Source: Clostridia bacterium
GTDB taxonomy: Bacteria; Bacillota; Clostridia; UMGS1840
Reading direction: 5' to 3'
NCBI GenBank assembly: GCA_045638525.1
Contig: JAZUBQ010000008.1
Location: 13,233-77,232, forward strand
Length of the DNA stretch: 64,000 nucleotides
This document shows positions 27,574 through 38,098 of this stretch, piece after piece. The notes beneath the pieces are model-generated. The model did no database searches. It saw only the letters and a program-made list of their open reading frames with translations, and was not told where the DNA came from. The position numbers and the translations under genes were made by a program. Each line of letters opens with the position of its first letter. The first letter of the stretch is position 1.

Positions 27574-29451
27574 ATGATTGTAAACTTAGTAAACGTATCA
27601 AAATTCTTCGGGGCAGAAGAAATCCTCAGTGATATATGTTTGAAAATTGAAGACAGTGACCGCATTGGTTTAATCGGAGCCAACGGTGCAGGGAAAACCA
27701 CGTTGTTAAATCTTATGAGTGGGGAAGAAGAAGCTACAGAAGGCGAAATCATTTTCTCCAAAAAAAATGTGGGATATCTGCATCAAAATGCAGGCCTTAG
27801 CGGTGAAAATTCCATTTTGGAAGAAATGAGAAGCGTATTTTCGGATGTTCTTTTGATGGGAAAAAAACTGGAAGATTTATATGAAAAAATTTCCAATCAA
27901 GAGGGCGATTTAGAAGAAAACAATCGGGAATATGCCCGTTTGCAAACCATTTTTGAGCAAAAAGAGGGCTATCATATCGATGTGAAAATCAACACCGTTT
28001 TAAACGGAATGGGCTTTTTGGGGAGAGATTTATCCACTCCCATTGACCGTTTGTCAGGCGGTGAGAAAACCCGTCTTGCCCTTGCAAAACTGCTGTTATC
28101 TGAACCTGATCTTCTGATTTTGGACGAGCCTACCAACCATCTGGATTTTAAAACCCTGGAATGGTTGGAGGAATATTTAACCGCATATAAAGGCGCCATT
28201 GTTTTGGTATCCCATGACCGTTACTTTTTGGATCGTTGTGTTACCGATATTTGCGAAATTTATAAAGGAAAATTGACACGTTATCGCGGAAATTATTCCA
28301 AATTTGTTACGTTAAAGGCACAACAGCTGGAGTTTTTACAAAAAGAATATGACAAACAGCAGGTAGAAATTGCTTCCTTAAAGGATTATGTGGCACGAAA
28401 CCAGGTAAGAGCATCTACTGCCAAAAGTGCCAAAAGTCGTCAGCATATTTTGGATACGATGGAGCTTATGGAAAAACCTTCGGATTATTTAAAATCCATT
28501 CATCTGAATTTTTCTTTTACCACGGAACCGGTAAAGGATGTTTTAAAAGTAGAACATTTGGAGCTTCGGGTGAAAGATAAGATGCTGAATCCTGATGTGA
28601 ACCTTCACGTCAGAAAAAATGACAAGATTGCCATTGTGGGGGCAAACGGTGTTGGGAAAACCAGTCTTTTAAAAGCCGTTTTAGGAAAATTTCCCTACCA
28701 AAAAGGAGCAATCAGTTGGGGTGGCGGTGTCAAAAAATCTTATTTTGAGCAGGAGACTACCGACCTTCATCCCGAAAAAACAGCCCTGCAGGAACTTTGG
28801 GACCGATTCCCTTCGGTTTATGAGCAGGAATTAAGAAGAATTTTGGGAAGTTTGTTGCTTTCCGGTGAAGATGTGTATAAAAAGGTTGGCGTTTTGTCCG
28901 GTGGAGAAAAAGCCAAAGTAAAATTCGCCATTATGATGATGGAAAAGGGGAATGTCCTCATCTTGGACGAACCCACCAACCATCTGGATTTATCCTCCAA
29001 AGAAGTGTTGGATAAGGCACTGGCTGAATTTGAAGGCACCGTGATTATGGTGTCTCACGACCGTTATCTGTTAAATAAAGTTCCCACAAAGATTGTGGAA
29101 ATGAAACCGGGGGAAATGGTCATATACGACGGAAACTATGACTATTATTTAGAAAAACATAAAGAAACAGTTGCAACACCTGTGGAAAAAAACACCGAAA
29201 AAGCCAATGAATTTTACCGTTCCAAAAAAGATCGTGCGTTGGAAACCAAACGTAAAAATGAACTTAGAAAAACTGAAGTCTCCATCGAACAGACGGAAGA
29301 AGAAATTGCAACTTTGCAGGAGGAAATGGCGAAACCGGAAGTGGCATCGGATTTTTCAAAATTGCAAGAAACCTGCGACCGATTGGAAGAATTGGAGCAG
29401 GAGTTAACCAAGTTGTATGAAACCTGGGAGGAACTGCAACAAAATGACTGA
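27574..29451 (+). CDS. ABC-F family ATPase (two ABC domains, no TM; translation-factor type)
   Basis: Walker A GANGAGKTT and GANGVGKTS, signatures LSGGEKTR and LSGGEKAK, a charged interdomain linker and a C-terminal coiled-coil tail. Confidence 0.9.
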   Translation: MIVNLVNVSKFFGAEEILSDICLKIEDSDRIGLIGANGAGKTTLLNLMSGEEEATEGEIIFSKKNVGYLHQNAGLSGENSILEEMRSVFSDVLLMGKKLEDLYEKISNQEGDLEENNREYARLQTIFEQKEGYHIDVKINTVLNGMGFLGRDLSTPIDRLSGGEKTRLALAKLLLSEPDLLILDEPTNHLDFKTLEWLEEYLTAYKGAIVLVSHDRYFLDRCVTDICEIYKGKLTRYRGNYSKFVTLKAQQLEFLQKEYDKQQVEIASLKDYVARNQVRASTAKSAKSRQHILDTMELMEKPSDYLKSIHLNFSFTTEPVKDVLKVEHLELRVKDKMLNPDVNLHVRKNDKIAIVGANGVGKTSLLKAVLGKFPYQKGAISWGGGVKKSYFEQETTDLHPEKTALQELWDRFPSVYEQELRRILGSLLLSGEDVYKKVGVLSGGEKAKVKFAIMMMEKGNVLILDEPTNHLDLSSKEVLDKALAEFEGTVIMVSHDRYLLNKVPTKIVEMKPGEMVIYDGNYDYYLEKHKETVATPVEKNTEKANEFYRSKKDRALETKRKNELRKTEVSIEQTEEEIATLQEEMAKPEVASDFSKLQETCDRLEELEQELTKLYETWEELQQND

Positions 29452-30601
29452 TTTTCTTACAAAATTATTTGTAAAAGAACATACCAATCTGACTGATCCC
29501 GCTGTTCGTGGACGTTATGCAAAAATGACCGGTGCCGTTGGAATTGTTTGCAATATTTTTCTCTGTGTGGCAAAAATCCTTTCGGGTCTCTTATTTCAGA
29601 GCATTGCGTTGGTGGCAGACGGAGTCAATAATCTTTCGGATATGGGGAACTCCATCATCACGTTGGTTGGCTTTCGTCTGGCGGCAAAACCTGCGGATAA
29701 AGACCATCCCTTTGGTCACGCAAGATATGAATATATCACAGGACTTCTGGTGTCTTTTTTGATTATGATGCTGGGGTTATCTCTTTTGAAAACTGCGATT
29801 GAAGATATTTTTTCACCAAAAGCCGTGGTGTTTCATCAGGCGGCAATCTGGGTAATGGGAATTTCTGTTGGGTTAAAACTTTGGTTGTACCGATTTTATC
29901 GCAAAATTGGGAAAAAGCTGGATTCGGTTGCAATTTTTGCAACTGCACAGGATAGCTTGAACGATGCCTTTTCCACCGGCGGTATTTTAATTTCTTTTCT
30001 ATTGGGAAAATATTTTCAGCTTCCCTTAGACGGATATGTGGGAGCGGTGGTGTCACTTTTGGTGTTATACAGCGGATGGGGACTGATTCATCAGACCCTG
30101 GATCCTCTGCTTGGAAAACCGCCGGAAAAAGAACTTGTAAAACGTATTGAAACCGAAATTTTAGAATATCACGACAGCATCATCGGAATTCACGATCTGG
30201 TGGTACATGAATATGGCGTCGGGCAGAAATTTGCCACCGTTCACGTGGAATTCCCGGCATCGCAAAGTATTACTGTCAGTCACGATATTGTGGATCATAT
30301 TGAGATGTATTTTCAGGAAAAAATGGGGATTCATATGGTAATTCATATGGATCCGGTAGAAACCGACAACCCACGGGTAATGCTGTTAAGACAGAAGATT
30401 TCCCAAATTGTGGGAGAAATTTCCCACGAACTTTCCATTCACGATTTTCGTGTGGTGTTTTTAGAAAGTCACAACAACTTGCTGTTTGATGTGGTGAAAC
30501 CTTTTGAATTTCCCTATTCCAAGAAAGAAATCACCGATATGATTCAACAAAAGGCAGGGAAACAAAACCGTTGTATCATTCAGTTTGACCAACCTTATTA
30601 G
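29444..30601 (+). CDS. Cation diffusion facilitator (CDF) family transporter
   Basis: Six TM segments, LVADGVNNLSD and AQDSLNDAFS metal-site motifs, and a cytoplasmic C-terminal domain. The ATG at 29444 overlaps the ABC-F stop (ATGACTGA). Confidence 0.85.
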   Translation: MTDFLTKLFVKEHTNLTDPAVRGRYAKMTGAVGIVCNIFLCVAKILSGLLFQSIALVADGVNNLSDMGNSIITLVGFRLAAKPADKDHPFGHARYEYITGLLVSFLIMMLGLSLLKTAIEDIFSPKAVVFHQAAIWVMGISVGLKLWLYRFYRKIGKKLDSVAIFATAQDSLNDAFSTGGILISFLLGKYFQLPLDGYVGAVVSLLVLYSGWGLIHQTLDPLLGKPPEKELVKRIETEILEYHDSIIGIHDLVVHEYGVGQKFATVHVEFPASQSITVSHDIVDHIEMYFQEKMGIHMVIHMDPVETDNPRVMLLRQKISQIVGEISHELSIHDFRVVFLESHNNLLFDVVKPFEFPYSKKEITDMIQQKAGKQNRCIIQFDQPY

Positions 30602-30631
30602 AACAATGAGCAAAAAAGGAGAAACAAACTT

Positions 30632-31180
30632 ATGCCCTTTGAAAAAATTTTGCAGGATGATTTTATTTTGCGACTGATTATCCTGTATGTTGCCCGAGAG
30701 TATGGGACATCACTGACCAATCCGGAACTGACAAAGTTTATTATGGACGGTCAGGAGGTCGATTATTTTAATTTGCAGTATAACATTTATGAACTGGTGA
30801 AAATGGAGCAGCTTCGCGTGTTTATGGACAGCGGAAAGCACTATTATGAACTCACCGAAGAAGGCAAAGAAACCGCAGGTTTCTTTTTGTCCAAAATCCC
30901 GATGCTCATCCGGAAAAAACTGGATGCGGCAATTTTGGAAAAGAAAAAAAGCGAAGAACCAAAAACCGCAGTCATTGCGGACTTTATGCCGGAAGGCGGC
31001 GAGTTTTTGGCAGGAATTAAAGTGTTGGAAAACAATCAGGAACAGTTTTCTTTGAATGTGTTGGTGCCGACCCGTGAACATGCCGTTCGTGTGTGCCGGT
31101 ATTTTCAGGAACATATCGAAGAAATTTACAAACAAACAAACGAAGAAATTATGAAATTGTTTAGTGAACCGAAGGAATAG
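30632..31180 (+). CDS. DUF4364-family protein (PadR-like winged-helix predicted)
   Basis: 182 aa. The N-terminal strings ILRLIILYVAREYG..LTNPELTKFIM and YELTEEGKET resemble DUF4364; this is recalled from memory. Confidence 0.55.
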   Translation: MPFEKILQDDFILRLIILYVAREYGTSLTNPELTKFIMDGQEVDYFNLQYNIYELVKMEQLRVFMDSGKHYYELTEEGKETAGFFLSKIPMLIRKKLDAAILEKKKSEEPKTAVIADFMPEGGEFLAGIKVLENNQEQFSLNVLVPTREHAVRVCRYFQEHIEEIYKQTNEEIMKLFSEPKE

Positions 31181-31183
31181 AGT

Positions 31184-33103
31184 ATGAATCAGTTTTTACC
31201 CATTACAATGGAAGAAGTAAAGGAACGATATGGTGGCGAAGTGGATTTCGTCCTGGTAACAGGGGATGCTTATGTGGATCATCCTTCCTTTGGTACTGCT
31301 ATTATTTCCCGTGTGTTGGAAGATGCAGGGTATCGGGTGGCAATTTTGGCACAGCCTGACTATAAAACAAAAGATGATTTTATGCGGTTTGGAAAGCCGA
31401 AGCTTGGCTTTCTGGTAAACAGCGGAAACTTAGATTCTATGGTGAATCACTATACCGTGAACAAAAAATTGCGAAGTAGCGATGCCTTTTCTCCCGGTGG
31501 AAAAATGGGGAAACGCCCTGACCGTGCGGTGATTGTGTATACCAACCGTATTCGTGAAGCTTACGGACAAATTCCCGTGGTGATTGGCGGATTGGAAGCG
31601 TCACTCAGACGTTTGGCTCACTACGATTACTGGAGCGACAAAGTGCGTCGTAGTATTTTGGTGGATGCTAAGGCAGATTTTTTGATTTTCGGGATGGGAG
31701 AAATCACCATACGTAAGGTAGCCGACTGTTTGAGAGACGGAAAACGGGAAGATATCAAAAAACTTCCCGGCATCGTTTACCAGACAAAAACCATTGATGA
31801 TATAAAAGATGCTTTGATATTGCCCACTTTTGAACAAGTTCGTGAGGATAAAAAGCAGTACGCTAAATTTACAAAAGAAAGTTTCGGAGAACAGAACCCC
31901 TATATCGGAAAAACGCTGATTCAGCATCATATTGACCGTTATGTGGTGCAAAATCCGCCCTGTAAACCCTTGTCGGCAGAGGAATTAGACCAAGTGTATG
32001 CACTTCCCTTTATGAGAACTTATCACCCTGTATATGAAAAAGAGGGTGGTGTGCCTGCCATCAGCGAGGTAAAGTTCTCTATCATTTCCCAACGTGGCTG
32101 TTTTGGTGGTTGTAACTTTTGTTCTTTGGCTTTTCACCAAGGCAGAATTGTTACGGCAAGAAGTCATAAATCCATCATTGCAGAAGCAAAAAAGATTATT
32201 GCCGAACCTGATTTTAAAGGATATATTCACGATGTTGGCGGACCAACTGCAAACTTTCGATTTCCCGCCTGTGAGAATCAGCTGAAGGTAGGAGCCTGCA
32301 AGCAAAAGCAATGTTTGTTTCCTACACCCTGTAAAAACTTAAAGGCAGACCATCGGGATTATCTGGAACTTTTAAGAACTCTCAGAAGTTTGCCCAAAGT
32401 GAAAAAAGTGTTTGTTCGTTCCGGCATCCGATTTGACTATCTGATGGCTGATAAAAATGATACCTTTTTCAAAGAACTGGTAGAACATCATGTGTCGGGG
32501 CAGTTAAAAGTAGCTCCCGAACATTCTTCCAACGGAGTTTTGCGCTATATGGGTAAACCCAATATCGAAGTTTTTGAAGGCTTTATGAAAAAGTTCTATC
32601 AGCTCACAAAAAAAGTTGGGAAAGAGCAATATCTGGTGCCTTATCTGATGTCTTCGCATCCGGGAAGTCGGGTTCAGGATGCAGTCGAATTGGCTCTCTT
32701 TTTAAAGAAACATAAAATGGTGCCCGAGCAGGTGCAGGATTTTTATCCCACGCCGGGAACCTTATCCACAGCCATGTATTACACCGAGCTTGACCCCAGA
32801 ACGGGAAAAAGTGTATATGTGGCAAAATCCTATCAGGAAAAAACCATGCAACGTGCCATGCTTCAAACCTATAAGCCGGAAAATCGTGACATTGTGAAAA
32901 AGGCATTGAAAGAAGCAGGGATGGAGCATTTGACAGCACAATTATTACCATTTCATAAACATGCTAAGAAGGAGAATAAAAACAATGATTTTAGACGGAA
33001 AACTGGTAGCACAACGCATCAAGGACGAAATGGCACAAAAGGTGACAGAGTTAAAAACAAAGGGAATCAGCGTGGGTCTAACCGTAATCATCGTGGGCGA
33101 TGA
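31184..33103 (+). CDS. ygiQ: YgiQ-family radical SAM protein (UPF0313)
   Basis: N-terminal FLPITMEE...[14 protein letters not shown] and radical-SAM cluster CFGGCNFC (Cx3Cx2C). The basic K/R/G/N-rich C-terminal tail runs 119 nt into folD. Confidence 0.85.
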   Translation: MNQFLPITMEEVKERYGGEVDFVLVTGDAYVDHPSFGTAIISRVLEDAGYRVAILAQPDYKTKDDFMRFGKPKLGFLVNSGNLDSMVNHYTVNKKLRSSDAFSPGGKMGKRPDRAVIVYTNRIREAYGQIPVVIGGLEASLRRLAHYDYWSDKVRRSILVDAKADFLIFGMGEITIRKVADCLRDGKREDIKKLPGIVYQTKTIDDIKDALILPTFEQVREDKKQYAKFTKESFGEQNPYIGKTLIQHHIDRYVVQNPPCKPLSAEELDQVYALPFMRTYHPVYEKEGGVPAISEVKFSIISQRGCFGGCNFCSLAFHQGRIVTARSHKSIIAEAKKIIAEPDFKGYIHDVGGPTANFRFPACENQLKVGACKQKQCLFPTPCKNLKADHRDYLELLRTLRSLPKVKKVFVRSGIRFDYLMADKNDTFFKELVEHHVSGQLKVAPEHSSNGVLRYMGKPNIEVFEGFMKKFYQLTKKVGKEQYLVPYLMSSHPGSRVQDAVELALFLKKHKMVPEQVQDFYPTPGTLSTAMYYTELDPRTGKSVYVAKSYQEKTMQRAMLQTYKPENRDIVKKALKEAGMEHLTAQLLPFHKHAKKENKNNDFRRKTGSTTHQGRNGTKGDRVKNKGNQRGSNRNHRGR

Positions 33104-33836
33104 TCCGGCATCCCGTGTGTATGTAAATTCCAAAAAGAAAGCCTGTGAAGCATTGGGCATTACCTCTCAGGAATTTGCACTTCCCGGGGATACCACCGAA
33201 GAAGAATTACTCAAACTGGTTCAAAAATTAAATCAGGATGATTCCGTAAACGGCATTTTGGTACAGTTGCCCTTACCCAAACACATCAATGAAGAAACCA
33301 TTATCAATGCCATCGACCCAAAAAAAGATGTGGATGCATTCCATCCGCAAAATGTGGGTAAAATTATGATTGGTAACTATGACTTTCTGCCTTGTACTCC
33401 TGCCGGAGTTATGGAACTCATCAAAGAAAGCGGTATTGATGTAACAGGGAAAGAATGTGTGGTTTTGGGAAGAAGTAATATTGTGGGGAAACCGCAAGCA
33501 ATGTTACTCCTTCATCAGAACGGTACCGTTACCGTTTGTCATTCCCGCACACAAAATTTAAAAGAAGTTACCAAACGTGCTGATATTTTGGTTGCAGCCA
33601 TCGGAAAACCCAATTTTGTGACTGCAGATATGGTAAAAGAAGGCGCAGTAGTTATTGATGTTGGTATCAATCGTATGCCCGACAAAACCCTGTGCGGTGA
33701 CGTGGATTTTGAAGCAGTTTCCAAAGTGGCATCTGCCATCACTCCCGTACCCGGTGGTGTTGGTCCTATGACCATTGCAATGCTGATGAAAAACACCGTA
33801 ACTGCGGCAATTTGCCAAAACGGTTTAAAGGACTAA
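32985..33836 (+). CDS. folD: Bifunctional methylenetetrahydrofolate dehydrogenase/methenyl-THF cyclohydrolase
   Basis: MILDGKLVA..., [41 protein letters not shown] lies 10 nt upstream of the ATG at 32985. Confidence 0.95.
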   Translation: MILDGKLVAQRIKDEMAQKVTELKTKGISVGLTVIIVGDDPASRVYVNSKKKACEALGITSQEFALPGDTTEEELLKLVQKLNQDDSVNGILVQLPLPKHINEETIINAIDPKKDVDAFHPQNVGKIMIGNYDFLPCTPAGVMELIKESGIDVTGKECVVLGRSNIVGKPQAMLLLHQNGTVTVCHSRTQNLKEVTKRADILVAAIGKPNFVTADMVKEGAVVIDVGINRMPDKTLCGDVDFEAVSKVASAITPVPGGVGPMTIAMLMKNTVTAAICQNGLKD

Positions 33837-33853
33837 GAAAAAGAGATTAAAAA

Positions 33854-34099
33854 ATGAGAATTGATAAATATTTAAAAGTATCCCGAATTATTAAACGACG
33901 CACCGTTGCTCAGGAAGCCTGCGAAGGCGGAAAAGTTACCATCAACGGTAAAGTGGCAAAACCATCCTCCGAGGTCAAAGTGGGAGACATTCTTGCTTTA
34001 CAGTTTGGTGCAAAAACCGTCACCGTAGAGGTGCTGGAGGTCAAAGAAGTCGTAAAAAAAGACGATGCCCAGTTGATGTATCGTCAGATTGAAGGATAA
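33854..34099 (+). CDS. S4-domain RNA-binding protein (Hsp15/YabO-like)
   Basis: 81 aa; MRIDKYLKVSRIIKRRTVAQEACEGGKVTINGKVAKPSSEVKVGD is a typical S4 alpha-L motif. Confidence 0.75.
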   Translation: MRIDKYLKVSRIIKRRTVAQEACEGGKVTINGKVAKPSSEVKVGDILALQFGAKTVTVEVLEVKEVVKKDDAQLMYRQIEG

Positions 34100-34111
34100 A
34101 TTTTATAAAAT

Positions 34112-34165
34112 AAAAAGAACAGATTTTCACTTCAAATGAAAGTGGTTAAAATCTGTTCTTTTTTG
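34112..34165. terminator. Bidirectional rho-independent terminator
   Basis: AAAAAGAACAGATTTT ... AAAATCTGTTCTTTTTT long stem with an inner CACTT/AAGTG pairing, sitting between convergent genes. Confidence 0.85.
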
Positions 34166-34168
34166 TTG

Positions 34169-36046
34169 TTACGGTGTTAATATGGGTGAATTCAAACAAT
34201 ATTGCTTTCCGTGAAGAATATCGTATATGAGCATATCATAAGCTTGACGCAGGGAATCATCCGCAGGATCAAAGTTTGCGATTTTTTCCAGATTTTCATT
34301 ATACAGAGCAGTTTTTGCTACTGCAGGATATTTGCTGCTGAATTCATTGAGAACGCTGAAATACCAGGGAGCTTCGTTTCCACTTGCCATAAACAGCTTT
34401 AATCCCAAAGTGTTTCCGCTGACAATGGATGGTAATTCCAACTCCGGAATATCGTAATTGGTCCAAACAATATAGGGAGTTTCATACAGTTGCGGATGGT
34501 TGGCTGAAATAAACATTTCTGCCTGCGGTACATATTCTAAATTCATATAGGTGCTGCCATTGGTTCCAAGCAGTGGCAGATGGTCACCATACATCACCAA
34601 AATAACCGGCTCATCCACATTTTTAAAATATTCTACTAAAGTCATATAGGCCTTGTCGGCATTGTAGACCCCCTGAGAATATCTTTTTAAATCCATATAA
34701 TCTTCTTCCGAGAGGGCAGGTGCATCCATTTCAAAACGAAAGGAATCATAACGTTCTGTCATATAAGCACCGTGATTTTCCATCGTTACCACAAACTCAA
34801 AGATTTTATCGCCGGTTTTGTTTTCAAACTCGTGGATGATTTGTTCTGCACACGAACTATCATCTACATACAAGCCGGAAATCTCGGCGGATTCAAATTC
34901 TGTATAATCCTTAAAGGTGTCAAATCCAAGCAGAGGATACGCGGTATAACGGTTATAAAAATTCTTTTTGTACGGATGCAAAGCAACGGTCTGATATCCT
35001 GCATTTTTGTACGCAGAAACAATAGACGGTGTTTCATCTGTAATATATTGTGTGTACGGATAGGCAGAAGATGGCAGGAAATAGGTGGAGATTCCTGTGA
35101 TTACCTCGAATTCCGGCATACAGGTTCCACCGGCGAAAACGGGGGAGATAAAGGTTCCTCTTGTCACGTTTTTATCCAAAGAGTTGATTCCCGAAAGCAA
35201 ATCTTCACTATAGGTCACACCGCTCATCTGAGAAGGATCCCACCAGGCTTCGTTTTGAATCACGATGACATTCGCCTGAGGATTCTCTGTCGGAGTTTGA
35301 GTCAGCTGATATTTAGACTGCAATGCGTTGACTGCCAGTTCGCTGTAATTTTCGGTTTCTTTCACAATCAGATCGCCGATTCTTGGGAAGAAAGTCAGAA
35401 CCATCCCATTGGCATTGTAGTCTGCAGTCGGATTGAATGCTGAAATCTGCACGCCGATTTTGGGGAGGACGCGATAGCGGAACTGAGGACTGATGCAGAT
35501 GGCAAAAGCGAGAACACAAAATGCACCGATGGAAATCCAACTCAGAAGGATTCGTTTGAAAAGACTTGGATTTTTGGGACATGCGCGACAAATTTTAAAG
35601 TGCAGTACCAACGAAACAATGTTAACAATCAATGCAACGGGAGCTGTCCAGAAGAAGGGGATACTGGCAAAAGAAGCGATATCTTTTACGTTTTTCAGCA
35701 GTAACAAATCAGATGGAAGCAAGGGGTTTCCGTTGATTCTGCCCAAAGTTTCACTTGCAAAGCCAAGCGTAAACATTAAGCAGGTGTTTAACAGATTCGA
35801 AGTGAATGAGCTTTGGGTCAGGGTGTAAAAAACACCTTGCCAGGACAGAAGAAACACATAGCTTAAAAGAAACTTCATCGGATAATCCCGAATTGTTCTT
35901 AAAACCGTGGTAGCAGATCCCGGGAAGAACGCATGCATAAATTCCAAAGAGCAAAGCAAGATAAGGGGTGCCAGAAAAAAATAAACAACCCGTAAGGCGT
36001 TTTTGTTTTTGATATTGATGTTACGCAGTATTTTCGTAATCGTCAC
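34169..36046 (-). CDS. LTA-synthase-family protein (N-terminal polytopic membrane domain + extracellular sulfatase/phosphoglycerol-transferase domain)
   Basis: About five N-terminal TM helices. The sulfatase-fold motifs NVIVIQNEAWWDP and FAGGTCMPEFEVITG match the LtaS catalytic-Thr region. The GTG start at 36046 overlaps its own putative RBS, so the start is uncertain. Confidence 0.8.
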   Translation of the reverse strand: MTITKILRNINIKNKNALRVVYFFLAPLILLCSLEFMHAFFPGSATTVLRTIRDYPMKFLLSYVFLLSWQGVFYTLTQSSFTSNLLNTCLMFTLGFASETLGRINGNPLLPSDLLLLKNVKDIASFASIPFFWTAPVALIVNIVSLVLHFKICRACPKNPSLFKRILLSWISIGAFCVLAFAICISPQFRYRVLPKIGVQISAFNPTADYNANGMVLTFFPRIGDLIVKETENYSELAVNALQSKYQLTQTPTENPQANVIVIQNEAWWDPSQMSGVTYSEDLLSGINSLDKNVTRGTFISPVFAGGTCMPEFEVITGISTYFLPSSAYPYTQYITDETPSIVSAYKNAGYQTVALHPYKKNFYNRYTAYPLLGFDTFKDYTEFESAEISGLYVDDSSCAEQIIHEFENKTGDKIFEFVVTMENHGAYMTERYDSFRFEMDAPALSEEDYMDLKRYSQGVYNADKAYMTLVEYFKNVDEPVILVMYGDHLPLLGTNGSTYMNLEYVPQAEMFISANHPQLYETPYIVWTNYDIPELELPSIVSGNTLGLKLFMASGNEAPWYFSVLNEFSSKYPAVAKTALYNENLEKIANFDPADDSLRQAYDMLIYDILHGKQYCLNSPILTP

Positions 36047-36181
36047 CTCATTTTTTAAAAAAATTTTAGAATAGTGTCATTATAACACTTTTTTTGTAAT
36101 AATGCAAGAGTAAAATGTTTTCTTTTTGTGATTTATGATAGAAATAAAGTGAAATTTTTATAAAAATGTTTTCTTTTTTTA

Positions 36182-36210
36182 TTTACATAGCAAAAAGTTT
36201 GTGCTATACT
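36182..36210 (+). promoter_or_regulatory. Sigma-A-type promoter upstream of oxidoreductase gene
   Basis: TTTACA (36182-36187), a 17-nt spacer, then TGcTATACT (extended -10, 36202-36210). Confidence 0.5.
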
Positions 36211-36249
36211 GACTATAGTATGAATTTATGACAACAAAGGAGATTGGTT

Positions 36250-37530
36250 ATGGAAAAATTAAAAGTAATTTTAATCGGTGCCGGCGATCGTGGCAGAATT
36301 TATGTCAGCAGAATGCCGCAGGATAAATTTCAGGTAGTTGGCGTTGCTGATCCGGTTCCCGGATTAAGACAGTTTATCAAAGAAACCTATGGATTAACGG
36401 ATGAGCAGTGTTTTGAATCCTATGAAGATATTTTAGCAGTTCCCAAATTTGCAGATATCGCAATCATTGCAACCATGGACCAGCTTCATTACGCTCCTTG
36501 TATGAAGGCGATTGAACTGGGATATGATATTTTGTTGGAAAAACCTGTTTCCGCAGACTATCAGGAATGTGTGGATATGGCAAATGCGGCAAAAGAAAAA
36601 GGAACCAAAGTTCTGGTTTGTCACGTTTTGCGTTATGCCCCCTTCTTTATGAAAATAAAAGAAATGATTAACGAAGGAAAAATCGGTCAGGTTGTTTCTG
36701 TGCATCACACCGAATGTGTTGGTCATGTGCATCAGAGTCATAGCTTTGTCAGAGGTAATTGGGGCAACTCCGAAAGAAGTTCCTGCATGATTTTGCAGAA
36801 ATGCTGTCACGATATGGACATCATCCAGTGGTTGGTAGGATCTCCCTGTAAAAACGTACATTCCTTTGGTTCGTTAGGATATTTCACCAAAGAAAATGCA
36901 CCGGAAGGTTCTCCTGAACGTTGTGATAAAACCTGTCCTGTATATGATACCTGTTACTACAATGCAGTAAAACTGTACTTGGAAGATGAAAAGAACACAT
37001 GGTTCCGTAATGCTGCTACCAAGATTGAAACTCCCACCAATGAACAAGTGGCAGAAGCGTTAAAAACCACTCAGTACGGCAAATGTGTGTATAAATGTGA
37101 TAACGATGTTGTGGACCGTCAGGTTGTAAACTTGGAATTTGAAAACGGTGCGGTTGCATCCTTTAATATGGCTGCTTTCAATGAAGGCGGACGTTACATC
37201 CGTGTTATGGGTACCGATGGGGAATTAAGCGGTTCCATCGGTGATATGCAACTGGAATTCTTCGATTTCAGAACCCGTCAGAAAACCCAGATTGATTTGG
37301 TAAATGCTACCGCTTCCAACTCCATCGTTGGTGGACACGGTGGCGGTGACCAGGGACTGGTGAACTCTTTATACGATTACATCACCGGTGGTTGCGACGA
37401 AAAAGAACTGAGTGCTATTGCAATTTCTGTTGAAAACCACTTGATTTCCTTTGCAGCTGAAAAATCCAGACTGGAAAATAAAATCATCAGCTTAAAAGAG
37501 TTTAAAAAAGAATTAGGCTTAAAAGAATAA
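36250..37530 (+). CDS. Gfo/Idh/MocA-family NAD(P)-dependent oxidoreductase
   Basis: N-terminal Rossmann KVILIGAGDRG, an EKP motif (LLEKPVS) and a C-terminal alpha/beta domain. The ATG at 36250 is 7 nt after AAGGAG. Confidence 0.8.
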   Translation: MEKLKVILIGAGDRGRIYVSRMPQDKFQVVGVADPVPGLRQFIKETYGLTDEQCFESYEDILAVPKFADIAIIATMDQLHYAPCMKAIELGYDILLEKPVSADYQECVDMANAAKEKGTKVLVCHVLRYAPFFMKIKEMINEGKIGQVVSVHHTECVGHVHQSHSFVRGNWGNSERSSCMILQKCCHDMDIIQWLVGSPCKNVHSFGSLGYFTKENAPEGSPERCDKTCPVYDTCYYNAVKLYLEDEKNTWFRNAATKIETPTNEQVAEALKTTQYGKCVYKCDNDVVDRQVVNLEFENGAVASFNMAAFNEGGRYIRVMGTDGELSGSIGDMQLEFFDFRTRQKTQIDLVNATASNSIVGGHGGGDQGLVNSLYDYITGGCDEKELSAIAISVENHLISFAAEKSRLENKIISLKEFKKELGLKE

Positions 37531-37535
37531 GAAAT

Positions 37536-37569
37536 AAAAATACAGCATCCGTTTGGATGCTGTATTTTT
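37536..37569. terminator. Bidirectional rho-independent terminator
   Basis: AAAAATACAGCATCC-GTTT-GGATGCTGTATTTTT. Confidence 0.85.
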
Positions 37570-37590
37570 ATGTGAAAAACAATAATTTTT

Positions 37591-38079
37591 TTAGAACAAA
37601 CCGGGAACCGAAATATTGCAATAGCGAAGAACGCCATCCTCGATTTCAATCACACCATAGGAGGGGGCGCCGGTTCTTGGTTTGGAGATACTGCCCGGAT
37701 TTGCCAGGATTTTGTTATCAAATTTTTCTTCAAAAGCAAGATGGGTGTGTCCATAAAGAATCAGGTCTGCTTCTTCTGCTGAAGGTACTGATTTGAGTGG
37801 TTCGGGGTCTAACTCTCGCAAATAGTAGTGACCGTGAGTGATGAAAATTTTCTTTTCATCTATGGTAAGCATTTTTTCGTTGGGATAAAGACCCGTGTGG
37901 TCATTGTTTCCTTGAACTCCGTAAATGGGAATATCGAAAAAAGTGTCTTCTAATTCTGTAATATCCCGATTCAAATCTCCCAGATGGATGATTCCGTCAA
38001 GCGTCGGGAAATTTTTTATGATTTTCATCATCTGACTGGTTTGTCCGTGACTGTCGGAGAATACTAAAATTCGTGTCAT
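37591..38079 (-). CDS. YfcE/MJ0936-family metallophosphoesterase
   Basis: ILVFSDSHG, HLGD, GNND, THGH and YGHTH metallophosphatase motifs in 162 aa. Confidence 0.85.
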   Translation of the reverse strand: MTRILVFSDSHGQTSQMMKIIKNFPTLDGIIHLGDLNRDITELEDTFFDIPIYGVQGNNDHTGLYPNEKMLTIDEKKIFITHGHYYLRELDPEPLKSVPSAEEADLILYGHTHLAFEEKFDNKILANPGSISKPRTGAPSYGVIEIEDGVLRYCNISVPGLF

Positions 38080-38098
38080 AGAGAATTCCTTTCTTTTG

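Noticed and set aside
34772-35443. 223-aa plus-strand ORF inside the LtaS-family gene. Similar long antisense ORFs occur at 45384-45818, 48734-49156, 51155-51571, 1177-1674 and 1760-2281.
   Set aside because: All lie antisense to genes with strong family signatures. They have no RBS and give odd low-complexity or Cys/His/Phe-rich translations, so they are typical shadow ORFs.
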